NCBI GenBank assembly: GCA_951406725.2
Contig: OX597821.1
Coordinates: 93,310,001 to 93,374,000, forward strand
Direction: 5' to 3'
DNA from: Octopus vulgaris
Taxonomy: Eukaryota
DNA: 64,000 nucleotides
Shown here piece by piece: positions 1 through 11,094 of this stretch; positions within the stretch are counted from its first letter, which is position 1; every line of letters starts with the position of its first letter. The notes under the pieces were generated by a model that was not told where the DNA came from, did no database searches, and worked only from the letters and a program-made list of their open reading frames with translations. The translations under genes and the position numbers were made by a program.

Positions 1-65
1 TATTATTATTATTATCATTATAATTATTATTATTATCATCATCATTATTATTATTACTATCATCA

Positions 66-102
<37 letters not shown>

Positions 103-893
103 CATTATAATTATTATTATTATCATCATCATTATTATTATTACTATCATTATTATTATTATTATTATTATTGTTGTTGTTGTTGTTGTTATTGATGTTG
201 TTATTATATGTTTATTATTATTATTGTTGTTGTTGTTATTATCATCATCATCATTATTATTATTACTATCATTATTATCGTTGTTGTTGTTGTTGTCATT
301 GTTATTGTTGTTGTTATCATCATCATCACCAATACCATTATTATTCGAAAATGTTAGGCATTATTATTATTATTGTTGTTGTTGCTGCTAGTTTTTTTAA
401 AAAATAAATTTTACTGCTTATCAGCATTGCCACCATTGTTCTTCTTCCGTATTGTTGCTTGTTGTTGTTGTTGTTGTTATTGTTGTTGTTGTGAAGTGAG
501 TGTTAATATTGTTGCTATTGTATTGGTTTGCAATTATTGTTGTATAGGCTGCATAGTTGTTCTAGTGTCGATAACTGGTGGAGGTGATGGCGCAGTGTTG
601 CTTGAAGTCGCCATTGTTTTGGGTTTTTTTGTGTGTTGTTATTACACAGTTATTGTTACTGTTGTGATTCTTATCTTTAATGGTGTTTTATTATTACAAT
701 TTTTGAAAGCACTATTTTACTACTAAAACAACAACTACTACTACTACGACTACTACTACTGATATTATTATCATTATTATCCTTATCAGTGAGTGTACTA
801 CTTCTACTACTACTACTACTACTACTATTATTATTATTATTATTATTATAATTATTATTATTATTATCATTATTTTTATTATCATTATTATTA

Positions 894-963
<70 letters not shown>

Positions 964-1019
964 CATTATTATCATCATTATTATTATTATTATTATCATT
1001 ATTATTATTATTATTATTA

Positions 1020-1117
<98 letters not shown>

Positions 1118-1356
1118 TAGTTTTATTTTTATAGCGTGCTTTCACTTCACTACCGAGCGCAGCTCTCTGTGCCTTGGGTATGTGCTGTGGTTTGCTGTGA
1201 TGCTCTTATGGTTACTGTATTGAAAGTGTTTTGCGTAGGATGTGTGCAGTGCCCAGTAGTGCAATTTTCTGTATGTTATATATATTTCTATGTCCTGGTG
1301 TTTTTGTTATGTATTTGTCTGAATATTTTTTTATCATAGTTATCATCATCATCATC

Positions 1357-1411
<55 letters not shown>

Positions 1412-1430
1412 TTATTATCATTATTATTAT
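1..1430. repeat. (ATT)n/(GTT)n/(ATC)n trinucleotide microsatellite field
   Basis: Directly visible; gives homopolymeric-amino-acid ORFs in all frames. Confidence 0.95.
1115..1337 (-). mobile_element. 5'-truncated 3' end of an R4/Dong-like RLE non-LTR retrotransposon in an (ATT)n array
   Basis: Minus translation MIKKYSDKYITKTPG..NIQKIALLGTAHILRKTLSIQ* matches the C-terminus of the RLE element at 19.1-21.8 kb; 3' UTR ends ACTACTG-(AAT)n; near-identical to 2821-3042. Confidence 0.8.
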
Positions 1431-1692
1431 TTACCCAGAGGTGAATTATTCAAAACCCAAAGAAACCCTCTCAACACATGTCTATGATGCTCCCCCACTA
1501 CTTCCACTCATGATCAGAGATGCACATATCATCAGCCACTAAGGGACATGCTCAACTGGTTAAGGTCAAACAACTGACAAGGAAATCTGTGGTATTGAGC
1601 AGAATATTTGCTGTAGCCCATCTTTTATACCAAGACAAAACAATGTACATTTTCGGTCAGTTAAGATCAGAAGCCATGAGAGCCAGTGCCTG
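1431..1692. repeat. Unclassified interspersed repeat (second, longer copy at about 1950-2495)
   Basis: Shared block gaggtgaattat..tcagccactaaggg..cagttaagatcagaag at 1438-1690 and 2228-2478. Confidence 0.6.
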
Positions 1693-2511
1693 TATTGTTG
1701 TTGTTATTGTTAAAACGGTAAACTGGGAGAATTGTTAGCATGCTGGACAAAATGCTTAGCAACAATTCTCCCACATTTGTTCTTACATTCTGACTTCAAA
1801 TTCTGATAAGTTGACATTGCCTTTCATCCTTTTTCAAGTTCGATAAAGTACTAATTGAGCACTGGGGTCGATGTAATTGATTATTATCTCCTTTCCCTAA
1901 AATTTCAGACCTTACACCAAAATTTGAAACCATTATCCTTATTATTATTATTGAGTGAGAGAGCAGTGCATGCCATCAAAGTGATGCTGGGATATGAATA
2001 TATGAAGCCCTATATACCCATCACAACTATGTCTCTAATAACGATGCACCAATCACATACATCACAAACATGTGTGCAAAACATGGTGATCTTATATAAA
2101 GATAAACAGTGCATGACCTTGGAGGTGAAGCCCAGTTAGAATTTTCTTCAGGTTGAATAGCCCATCCCACTCAAAAGGTCCCTGAATAAGGCTTGTTTAA
2201 GGATATTAAAAAATACCCATGTTTCCTGAGGTGAATTATCCAAACCCCAAAAGAATTCTTCTCAACATATGGCCATGGGGCTCCCCTGCTACTCCTGTTC
2301 ATGATCAGAAATGCATATATTATCAGCCACTAAGGGGCACGCTCGACTAGTTAAGGTGAAGCAACTGACAAGAAAATTTGTGGTACTGAGCAGAATATTT
2401 GTTGCAGCCCATCAAAACAATGTACATGATAACACTTCCAATCAGTTAAGATCAGAAGACATGTGAGCCAGTGCCTGGGTACTGCAATAGGGCATTATTA
2501 TTATTTTTAAG

Positions 2512-2551
<40 letters not shown>

Positions 2552-2589
2552 GTAGTAGTAGTAGTAGTAATAGTAGTAGTAGTAGTATT

Positions 2590-2787
2590 AAGGCAGTGAG
2601 CTAGCAGAATTGTTAGCATGCCGGACGAAATGCTTAGCAGTATTTCGCCCATCGCTATGTTCTGAGTTCAAATTCCGCCAAGGTCAACTTTACCTTTCAT
2701 CCTTTCAGTACCAGTAAAACACTGGGATCAATGTAATCGACCATCCCCTTCCCCCAAATTTCAGGCCTTGTACATATAATATAAAGG

Positions 2788-2790
<3 letters not shown>
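2590..2790 (+). mobile_element. SINE family C (aggcggcgagctggcagaa..ttctgagttcaaattccgcc..); other copies at about 1715-1935, 3287-3500, 5560-6210, 18650-19050(-), 20815-21043(-), 35500-35700(-), 53960-54367(-), 55610-55840
   Basis: Repeated ~230-bp unit with B-box-like GAGTTCAAATTCC; several copies are flanked by (ATT)n. Confidence 0.8.
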
Positions 2791-2820
<30 letters not shown>

Positions 2821-2823
<3 letters not shown>

Positions 2824-3181
2824 TAGTTTTATTTTTATAGCGTCCTTTCACTTCACTACCGAGCGCAGCTCTGTGTGCCTTGGGTATGTGCTGTGATTTG
2901 TTGTGATGCTCTGATGGTTATTGTATGGAAAGTGTTCTGCGTAGGATGTGTGCAGTGCCTAGTAGTGCAATTTTCTGTATGTTATATGTGTTTGTAAGTC
3001 CTGGTGTTTTTGTTATGTATTTGTCTGAATATTTTTTATCATGCCTAATGCACCTACTATGATAGGAATTGTTTTTGTTTTCAGATTCCACATTCTAGTT
3101 ACCTATATTTTCAGGTCTTTGTATTTTGAGAGTTTCTCCATTTCTTTTAGAGACATGTTGTCATCAGCCGGTATTGATACT

Positions 3182-3183
<2 letters not shown>
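2821..3183 (-). mobile_element. 5'-truncated 3' end of an R4/Dong-like RLE retrotransposon in an (ATT)n array
   Basis: Minus translation TVSIPADDNMSLKEMEKLSKYKDL..GALGMIKKYSDKYI..QKIALLGTAHILR (RLE endonuclease tail); same 3' end as 1115-1337; both flanks are (ATT)n. Confidence 0.85.
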
Positions 3184-3233
<50 letters not shown>

Positions 3234-3235
3234 CG

Positions 3236-3287
<52 letters not shown>

Positions 3288-3529
3288 GGCAGCAGGTTGA
3301 CAGAATCATTAGCAAGCTGGGCCAAATACTTATTGACATTTCATCCATCTTTACATTCTTTAAATTCCACCAGGGATGACTTTTGCTTTTCCTCCTTTCG
3401 TTGACCAGTTGATAAGATAAGTACCAGTTGAGCACAGGGGCTGTTATAATAAACTTACCCCAACCCCTGAACTTGCTGGCCTTGTGCCAAAATTTGAAAC
3501 CTTATTATAATAACTATTTGTATTAGTAG

Positions 3530-3740
3530 TAATAGTAGTGGTGGTGGTGGTGGTGGAGGTGGTGGTGGTGGAGGTTGTGGTGGTGGGGGTGGTGATGGTG
3601 GTGGTTGTGGTGGTGGTGGTGGTGGTGGTGGTGGTGGTGGCAGCAGTGGCAGTGGTGGCAGCAGCAGTGATGGTGGTGGTAGTAGTGATAGTGGTAGTGG
3701 TAGTGGTTGTGGTAGTAGTAGTAGTAGTAGTAGTAGTAGT
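3530..3740. repeat. (GGT)n/(GTA)n microsatellite
   Basis: Directly visible. Confidence 0.9.
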
Positions 3741-4096
3741 AAAGGCTCTTTCTGTTCTGATTCATCAGCTCCACCCTTCAAAGATAAAAACATCTCCTGC
3801 CTAAGTCAGTTTTTGCCTAACATCTCTTTAGGGTTGATAGAATAAAGAACCAGTTATTTAGTGATGGACAATATAATCGACTTGTCCTCTTCACACCAAA
3901 CTCCAGGACTTGTGTTTATGTTAGAAACAATTATGCTATTATTAGAATAATTTGAGCAATGGTTTTCAACTGAGGTTCTTAAGGCCCTTGGAGTGGGTGG
4001 GGTCCATAGAAGATTTTATTGTTGAAATTTCTCTGCAATAACTTGGTTATACTTCTATAATAAACAAAATATTTTAACAATTATTGTTTAAATAGT

Positions 4097-4303
4097 TACT
4101 CTTTTACTCTTTTACTTGTTTCAGTCATTTGACTGCGGCCATGCTGGAGCACTGCCTTTATAGTCGAGCTAAACAACCCCAGAGCTTATTCTTTGTAAGC
4201 GTAGTGTCTTTTGCTGAACCACTAAATTACAGGTACGTAAACACACCGACATCAGCTGTCAAGCGATGCTGGGGGGGGGGGGCAAACAGATACACAAACA
4301 TAT

Positions 4304-4381
<78 letters not shown>

Positions 4382-4880
4382 TTAAATAATGAGGGAGATA
4401 AATTAATATTAAAACCAGTAGCCTAGCATACAAAAATCTGAAAAATCAGAGAAAATTCTAATACATGTGTATATTGAAAGGGCAAGACTGCTAGGTAGTC
4501 GGCCGTATGCTAGAAATAGATCATCAACGATCAAACTACAAATAACGCTCTCTAGAGGAAAATTCAGCGAACACCAGAAACAAATTTGGCGGGCAAGACA
4601 GATGAAAATTTATATAAAAAACAGAATTTATCGCATACCTAGGTTTCAACTATTAACAAAAGAATTACTTACATAATGCGGACTTTTGAATTATGTAAGT
4701 AATTCTTTTGTTAATAGTTGAAACCTAGGTATGTGATTAATTCTGTTTTTTATATAAATTTTCATCTGTCTGGTGTTCGCTGAATTTTCCTCTAGTGAGC
4801 GTTCTTTGTAGTTTTATCGTTGATGATCTATTTCTAGCATACGGCCGACTACCTAGCAGTCTTGCCCTGTCAATATACAC

Positions 4881-4924
<44 letters not shown>

Positions 4925-5086
4925 CAGGCTTCTTCCAGTTTCTGTCTACCAAATCCACTCACAAGGCTTTGGTCGGTGCAAGGCTATAGTAGAAGACACT
5001 TGCCCAAGGTGCCATGCAGTGGGACTGAGCCCGAGACCACGTGATTGGTAAGCAAGCTACTTACCACACAGCCACTCCTGTGCCTA
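4097..5086 (-). mobile_element. tRNA-derived SINE family A, split at its internal (TA)n by a palindromic insert
   Basis: Head (minus strand) ggagtggctgtgtggtaagtagcttgc at about 4921-5086; 3' part ..gactgaaacaagtaaaagag at 4097-4310. Confidence 0.85.
4461..4886. repeat. ~200-bp-arm inverted repeat of a Penelope-like terminus
   Basis: Arms 4461-4677 and 4690-4886 are reverse complements apart from a ~20-nt indel and a few mismatches, with a 12-nt loop; related to 31570-31790 and 44200-44400. Confidence 0.85.
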
Positions 5087-5169
5087 TTAATAGTTCTTAA
5101 TAATCTTTTAAGTATAAAAATAAAATAGGATTTTTAAACATACAATATGATTTTTTAAACATTGAGGAT

Positions 5170-5520
5170 TCATCATCATCATCATCATCATCATTGTTTA
5201 ATGTCTGCTTTCCATGCTGGCCTGGGCTGGATGATTTGACTGGGGACTTGCAAGCCAGGAGGCTGCACCAGGCTCCAATCTGATCTGGCAAGCCAGGAGG
5301 CTGCACCAGGCTTCAATCTGATCTGGCAAGCTAGGAGGCTGCACCAGGCTCCAATCTGATTTAGCAAGCCAGGAAGCTGCACTAGGGTCCAGTCTGATCT
5401 GGCAAGGTTTCTACAGCTGGATGCCCTTCCTAACAGCAACCACTCCGAGAGTGTAATGGATGCTTTTTACATGACACTGGCATGAGGGCCAGTCAGGTGG
5501 TGCTGGCATTGACCACCCAA
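5170..5520 (-). mobile_element. RTE-related 3'-end/SINE family E with (GAT)n tail; contains a 4 x 38-bp tandem at 5251-5402; other copies at about 7890-8175, 47025-47235, 60330-60660(+)
   Basis: Shared core ctacagctggatgcccttcctaacgccaaccactc; same 3' end as the RTE LINE at 11095-12182. Confidence 0.75.
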
Positions 5521-6213
5521 GTAAAATAGGAAACAAAGAGGTCCATAAGCAAAAGATGGTTGAAAAGCACTGCATCAGTGTCAGATGGAATGTGGCATTT
5601 GTTCTGTATATTCTGAATTCAAACCCTGCACTGGTCAATTTTACCTTTCATTTTCTTGAAACCGATAAAATAAAGTAACAGTTAAATACAGGGATTGGTA
5701 ATATCAACTAAACTCCCCACATCAAAATTTGTAGGCTTGTGCCTAAATCAGGAACCATTTAATGGCAATGAGCTAACAGAATCATTAGGCGGTGAGCTGG
5801 CAGAATCATTAGAACACTGGGCCAAATGCTTAGCGATATTTCGTCTGCCGTTATGTTCTGAGTTCAAATTCCGCTGAGTTCGACTTTGCTTTTTATCCTA
5901 TCGGGTGCGATAAATTAAGTACCAGTTACGCACTGAGGTCGATGTAATCAACTTAATCCCTTTGTCTGTCCTTGTTTGCCCCCATTATGTTTAGCCCCTT
6001 GTGGGCAATGAAGAAATAAGAATCATTAGTAAATTTGAGTAAATGCCTCTCAGTATTTTTTCAGGTTCTTCATATTCAGTGTTCAAACTCCCACAGAGGT
6101 CAAATTTGCTTTTCATCTTCCAGATTCATTAAAATAATAAAGTATCAGTCAAGAACTAAAGTTGATTCAATTGACCTAATCCCTCCCCCTAAAATTTCTG
6201 GCCTTCTGCCGAA

Positions 6214-6246
<33 letters not shown>

Positions 6247-6296
6247 ATTATTCTTATCATCATTATTATTCTTATCATCATTATTATCATTATTAA

Positions 6297-6344
<48 letters not shown>

Positions 6345-6361
6345 CATTATTATTATTATTA

Positions 6362-6411
<50 letters not shown>

Positions 6412-7734
6412 TCATCATCATCATTATTATTATTATCATTATCATTATTATTATTATTGTTATTATTATTATTTGTTTGTAAAAAAAAATGATACATAAC
6501 AAAACCTAAGGGTTGCAAAGATCTAAGATGTCACTCTAAAATCTCATTAGTGCTACCAAAAATAAAAAATAAATAAATAAATAAATAGAAAAAAAATTAT
6601 GAAGTGTTTCACAATTATCTTTACAAACAGAACAAAACCCTGCAAAAGATATTTTTTTAAAATGTGAAATAGAAAATAAAAAAAATAGAATGAAAGAGAG
6701 TGAGAGAGGAAATGACAAAAAAAAAAGCAAGACATAGAGGGGGGAAAAATTTATGAAATTTCATTAAATAAATAAAATTATATAAAATTAAAAAAAAAAA
6801 CAAAGTAAACAAGCATGGTTGGCTTTTTTTATCTGATCAAGACTGATATTGTTTGATATCACAAACATTTACACCTTGGATACCTGGATACTACAACTAC
6901 TACTACTACTACAATTACTACTACTACTACTACTAATACTACTATTACTACTATTACTACTGCTACTGGCTAATTTTGTTCAATGGAGATAAAAGGTTGA
7001 TGGCAGTAGGGGTGAATGTTAGGTAGATGGTGGGGTGGGTAAGATGAAGTACAAGAAAGAAAGAGAGGAAGAGGGAGAGAGGGGTGGGAGAGAGAAGGGG
7101 AGAGAGAGGTGGGGGTGGTGCCACAAGTTTGATTTATGATATAAAAGAGTTCATGCATGGTGGGGTTTCATTGTAGCTTTTTTTTTTCTTGTACATTCTG
7201 AAATAAAAATAAAACACCCTTTATCATCATCATCATTATCCTCATCCTCATCATCATCATCAGCATCATCATCATCATTATCATCATCATCAAATATAAT
7301 CAACACTAATGCTGTTGTCATCATAGTTGTTGTTGTTCTTGCTGTTGTATTCTTTTATTATTATGAAACAGAATCATAAATTTTACTTTCTTTTAACTTT
7401 GTTTTCATTTCAGAGTGGGTGGCTGAGGTGAGTTGGGTAAGAGTTGAATTATCAGAGACTGTAAAATACCTCACATCAGAGAGACATACATTATAAATTC
7501 CACTATATACATTTATACATAGATTACATACATAGAATAACGTGTATACACATATATATTTAAACATTGTAAAATATATTTAGAGCTCATATTGTATATA
7601 CATATAGATATATATCCATACAAGTATGTATGTATATATATATAGGGAGAGTTTATGAAAAAAACAAAAGACAAAGACAGGTGGTGTACAAAACAAACAG
7701 ATGTATTAGTATAATGTTCAGGAATAGAAAAAGT

Positions 7735-7770
7735 CTTTTATGTTTCGAGCCTACGCTCTTCTACAGAAAG
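7735..7770 (-). ncRNA. Minimal type-I hammerhead-like motif (A6U variant) in a PLE-type terminus
   Basis: cttt-CUGUAGA-A-GAGC(GUAG)GCUC-GAAA-CA-UA-aaag. Confidence 0.55.
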
Positions 7771-7845
7771 TGACACAAAAAAATTGTGTGTAGTGGCTAA
7801 CGATCTATCATGGTGATATATATATACACACACACATATATATAT

Positions 7846-7889
<44 letters not shown>

Positions 7890-9266
7890 TCATCATCATT
7901 ATCGTTTAATGTCTGCTTTCCATGCTGGCATAGTTTGGACAGTTTGACTGAGGACCATCAAGTCAGAAGGCTGCACCAGGCTCCAATATGATTTGGCAGT
8001 GTTTCTACAGCTGGATGCCCTTCCTAATGGCAACCACTCTGAGAGTGTAGTGGATGCTTTTTACATGCCACCGGCATAGGGGTCAGTCAGGCGGCACTGG
8101 TATAAACTGTGCTTGAATGGTGCTTTTTATGTGCCACTGGCCATGGTGCCAGTCAGATGGCACTGGCATCGTCCATATACGTGTGTGTGTGTGTGTGTGT
8201 GCCTGTGTGTATAGATTGTTTGAAATGGTATACAGGTATTGTATATTGAGAAAAAGGAGGCAGTCAGAATTTTGGATAATTCTTTATTAGTGCTTTCGTT
8301 TGTTTATGGAACCCATCAAGACAAAAATCAAGATGGATTTATATGGATCGGATGTTTTTTAGCTTTGTTCAGAAGGGGAGAAACATTTTTTCTTTTTGAG
8401 AGGAAAAGAGGAGAAAGAAGGAAAGAAAACAGGGGCGGGAGGCAGGATTTGACAGAGAGAGAGGTTTCAGGGCTATCAAGAAAGAGGAAAAATATAATAA
8501 AGGATGGGGAAAGGATAGAGAGAGAGAGAGAGGGGAAAAAGGGGAGAGAGAGATGAAGAGAGAGAGTGGTTTCTTTTCAATTTGATGTGGTCAACCCATT
8601 GAAATTTCATTACAAAGCATTTTTCATTTTTCCTTTTCGCTTTTCTTCTTGTTTTTTCTTTTTTTCTTCTTTTTCCCCATTGTATACATATCAACATATT
8701 TGTAAATAAACACATTTTCTCACAAGGGCTGGTGACCTTTCAAGATGTTAATTTTAGGAAGTAGGATGGGGAAGATAAGAAAAGAGGGAAGGGTATGGTC
8801 ATAACTGAGAAATAAAAAAGAGTTCAAAGTTCAAAGTTCAAAGTCTTATGAAAATGTATATTCCTTTACACTTGTATAGTCAAATCCCATATTCTGTGTA
8901 ATTCCATGTTTTGCATGAACAAACATTAAATATTGATACAACATTCATAAACTAGGGAAATAAAGTCAGAATATATAAAAATATAGTTTGAATTTGGTAC
9001 TGTTTATAATTCAGTCTATTCTCTATGTACATTTAATCAAGCATCATAAACGAGTTTTGTAATAACATGTATATTGAGAGAGATAGGTGGGGGGAAGCCA
9101 CTTTGTAGGCTATGAATTATATAACAAAGCAGGGCCTGCTTAAATATATTTTTGAATATCTTTCATTATTTTGCAGGATTTCTTTTTCTTGTTTGCTTGC
9201 TTGGATAAGATAATCCAAAAGAGATCTTTTTCACAAATTACTTTGCTAACTAGTTGCATTAGATAT

Positions 9267-10320
9267 TGTTGTGGCAGACACCCCCCAGGTGAAAAGTGGG
9301 CTGGTCCACTCCTAATAGTGGACAGACTCAGTAAGTTATGTCAGTTAGCAAGGTAGGTTGTTCTGGCCAGTCATGCAGGTAATGAAATACATCATCATAA
9401 TGTGAGACATATCAGTGGTAACGAGGATTCAGAGCTCATGCAGTGGAAAAATGTTAAAAATCCTGAGGTGGGATTTGAACTTCACACAGTGGAAAGTAAT
9501 ATATAGACAGTGAAAAATATATAAGAAAAATTATTCTGAAGAAGAAAATAAAAGGATTCTGAAGAAAAAAATTGTCAGATAAAACTCTAACACATAATTT
9601 AACTTCACACAGTGAAAAGCGATATAAACACAGTGAAAAATATATTTAAAAAAAAGTATTTTGAAGAAAAATGTCAGATAAAACAGGGAATCTAACACAG
9701 AATTGAACTTCACACAGAGAAAAGTAATAGACACACAGTGAAAAATATATAAAAAAATGATTCTGAAGAAAAATATGTCTGACAAAATTGGAACTCTAAC
9801 ACAAAACTCAACTGCACACAGTAAAAAATAATCTAAGTACATTTGAAGGATTTAAGTCAGGTCGCTATATGTAGTAGCACTACCAATAAACAATGTAGAC
9901 TGGTACAACCTGCGGCATTTTGAAGAAAAAATATGGTTCTGTTTGGAACAAAAAATAATAATAATAATGAGTCCATTCAAAGATTTTAAGTCAGGTCACT
10001 ATATGTTAATGTAGATTGGTACCACCTGCAGCATTTTGAAAATAAAATACATTCTGCATGGAACAAGAAAAATTCTGAATAAGATGAGAAAAATATTTCC
10101 GTGTGTGGAAGAAAAAGAAATAAAGAAAACAATGTATCGAAAGAAGAAAAAATTTTCAAAAGGGGGAGGTGTTGTGGCAGACACCCCCAGGTGAGAAGTG
10201 GGCTGCTTCACTGCTAATTAATAGTGGACAGACGCAGTAAGTAATGTCAGCCAGCAAGGTACGCTGTTCAAACCGGTCACTCCGACAACGAAACACATCG
10301 TCACAATGCGGGAGATATCA
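9267..10320 (+). mobile_element. Complete non-coding LTR retroelement (TRIM-like)
   Basis: TG..CA direct repeats 9267-9414 and 10170-10320; PBS-like TGGTAACGAGGAT 9416-9428; PPT AAAAGGGGGAGG 10158-10169; 5-bp TSD GATAT (9262-9266 and 10321-10325); internal ~100-bp tandem units at 9477-9830. Confidence 0.9.
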
Positions 10321-10562
10321 GATATCTTTTCTAATCACTGGTATAATAGTTCTAGTATTCTTACTCAGTTCTATAAGAAAAGCAGTCGTCAAAATCCCAA
10401 TGTTATACATATATCTGATCATTTATAGAGATAAGTATTACATTATTAACATTGGAGCCACATTAAAAAACAGCAGTAACAGTGTAATACAAATGTTTTC
10501 TCTTCATCCATCATCATTACTATTAAAAAATAATAATAATAAAGTGGTAAAATGATTATTAA

Positions 10563-10782
10563 CCTTTTCATTAGTGTATTTATTTTGAGATGCTCTGTGT
10601 TTCTTTTAATTACTTTAAATATAACAAAGAATTTAGTAAAATTACTTGATTATCATTAAGCTAGTGTTAGGAACATAAATTGTGACTAAGGTTTGGTGGA
10701 AGATTTTAATTCAAAACTTATGAAAACAAGACATTTGTACTCGGAGCCAGAGCCGGTTTCAGCCGGGTTGGTAATGAAAGGG
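10563..10782. mobile_element. piggyBac-type MITE
   Basis: TIRs CCTTTTCATTA / TAATGAAAGGG flanked by TTAA on both sides. Confidence 0.8.
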
Positions 10783-11094
10783 TTAAGAAACTTTCTTGAC
10801 AGACACCAAAACCAGCTAGCATACATTGCTGTCACCTTACATGGTATGTGAATATTGTTAGACAGCATTTTAGTGTTCATTTGCATTATTTCTCCCTAGT
10901 CACATTAGTTGGGCACAGAGTTTATGTGAGCTAAACATGTAATGTTCATAGTTTGTTTCATTAGGAAGGATATTCATGCACGTTGTCTCTGTTTCTCTAA
11001 CCAATATTTTTGACAAACTGTAGTCCCTCTGCTTCTCTTTCAAATATATATAGATATACGTGCATATGTATACACACACACACACATATATATA

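Noticed and set aside
171-1542. Long poly-Y/I/L/C ORFs (also at 33.5, 50.5 and 53.2 kb)
   Set aside because: Translations of trinucleotide microsatellites
6844-6870. TGATATTGTTTGATATCA resembles miR-190
   Set aside because: An extra base disrupts the match, the 3' half differs, and there is no convincing pre-miRNA hairpin
8720-9230. Possible old LINE 3' end on the minus strand (GPAL..NS)
   Set aside because: Too degenerate to support
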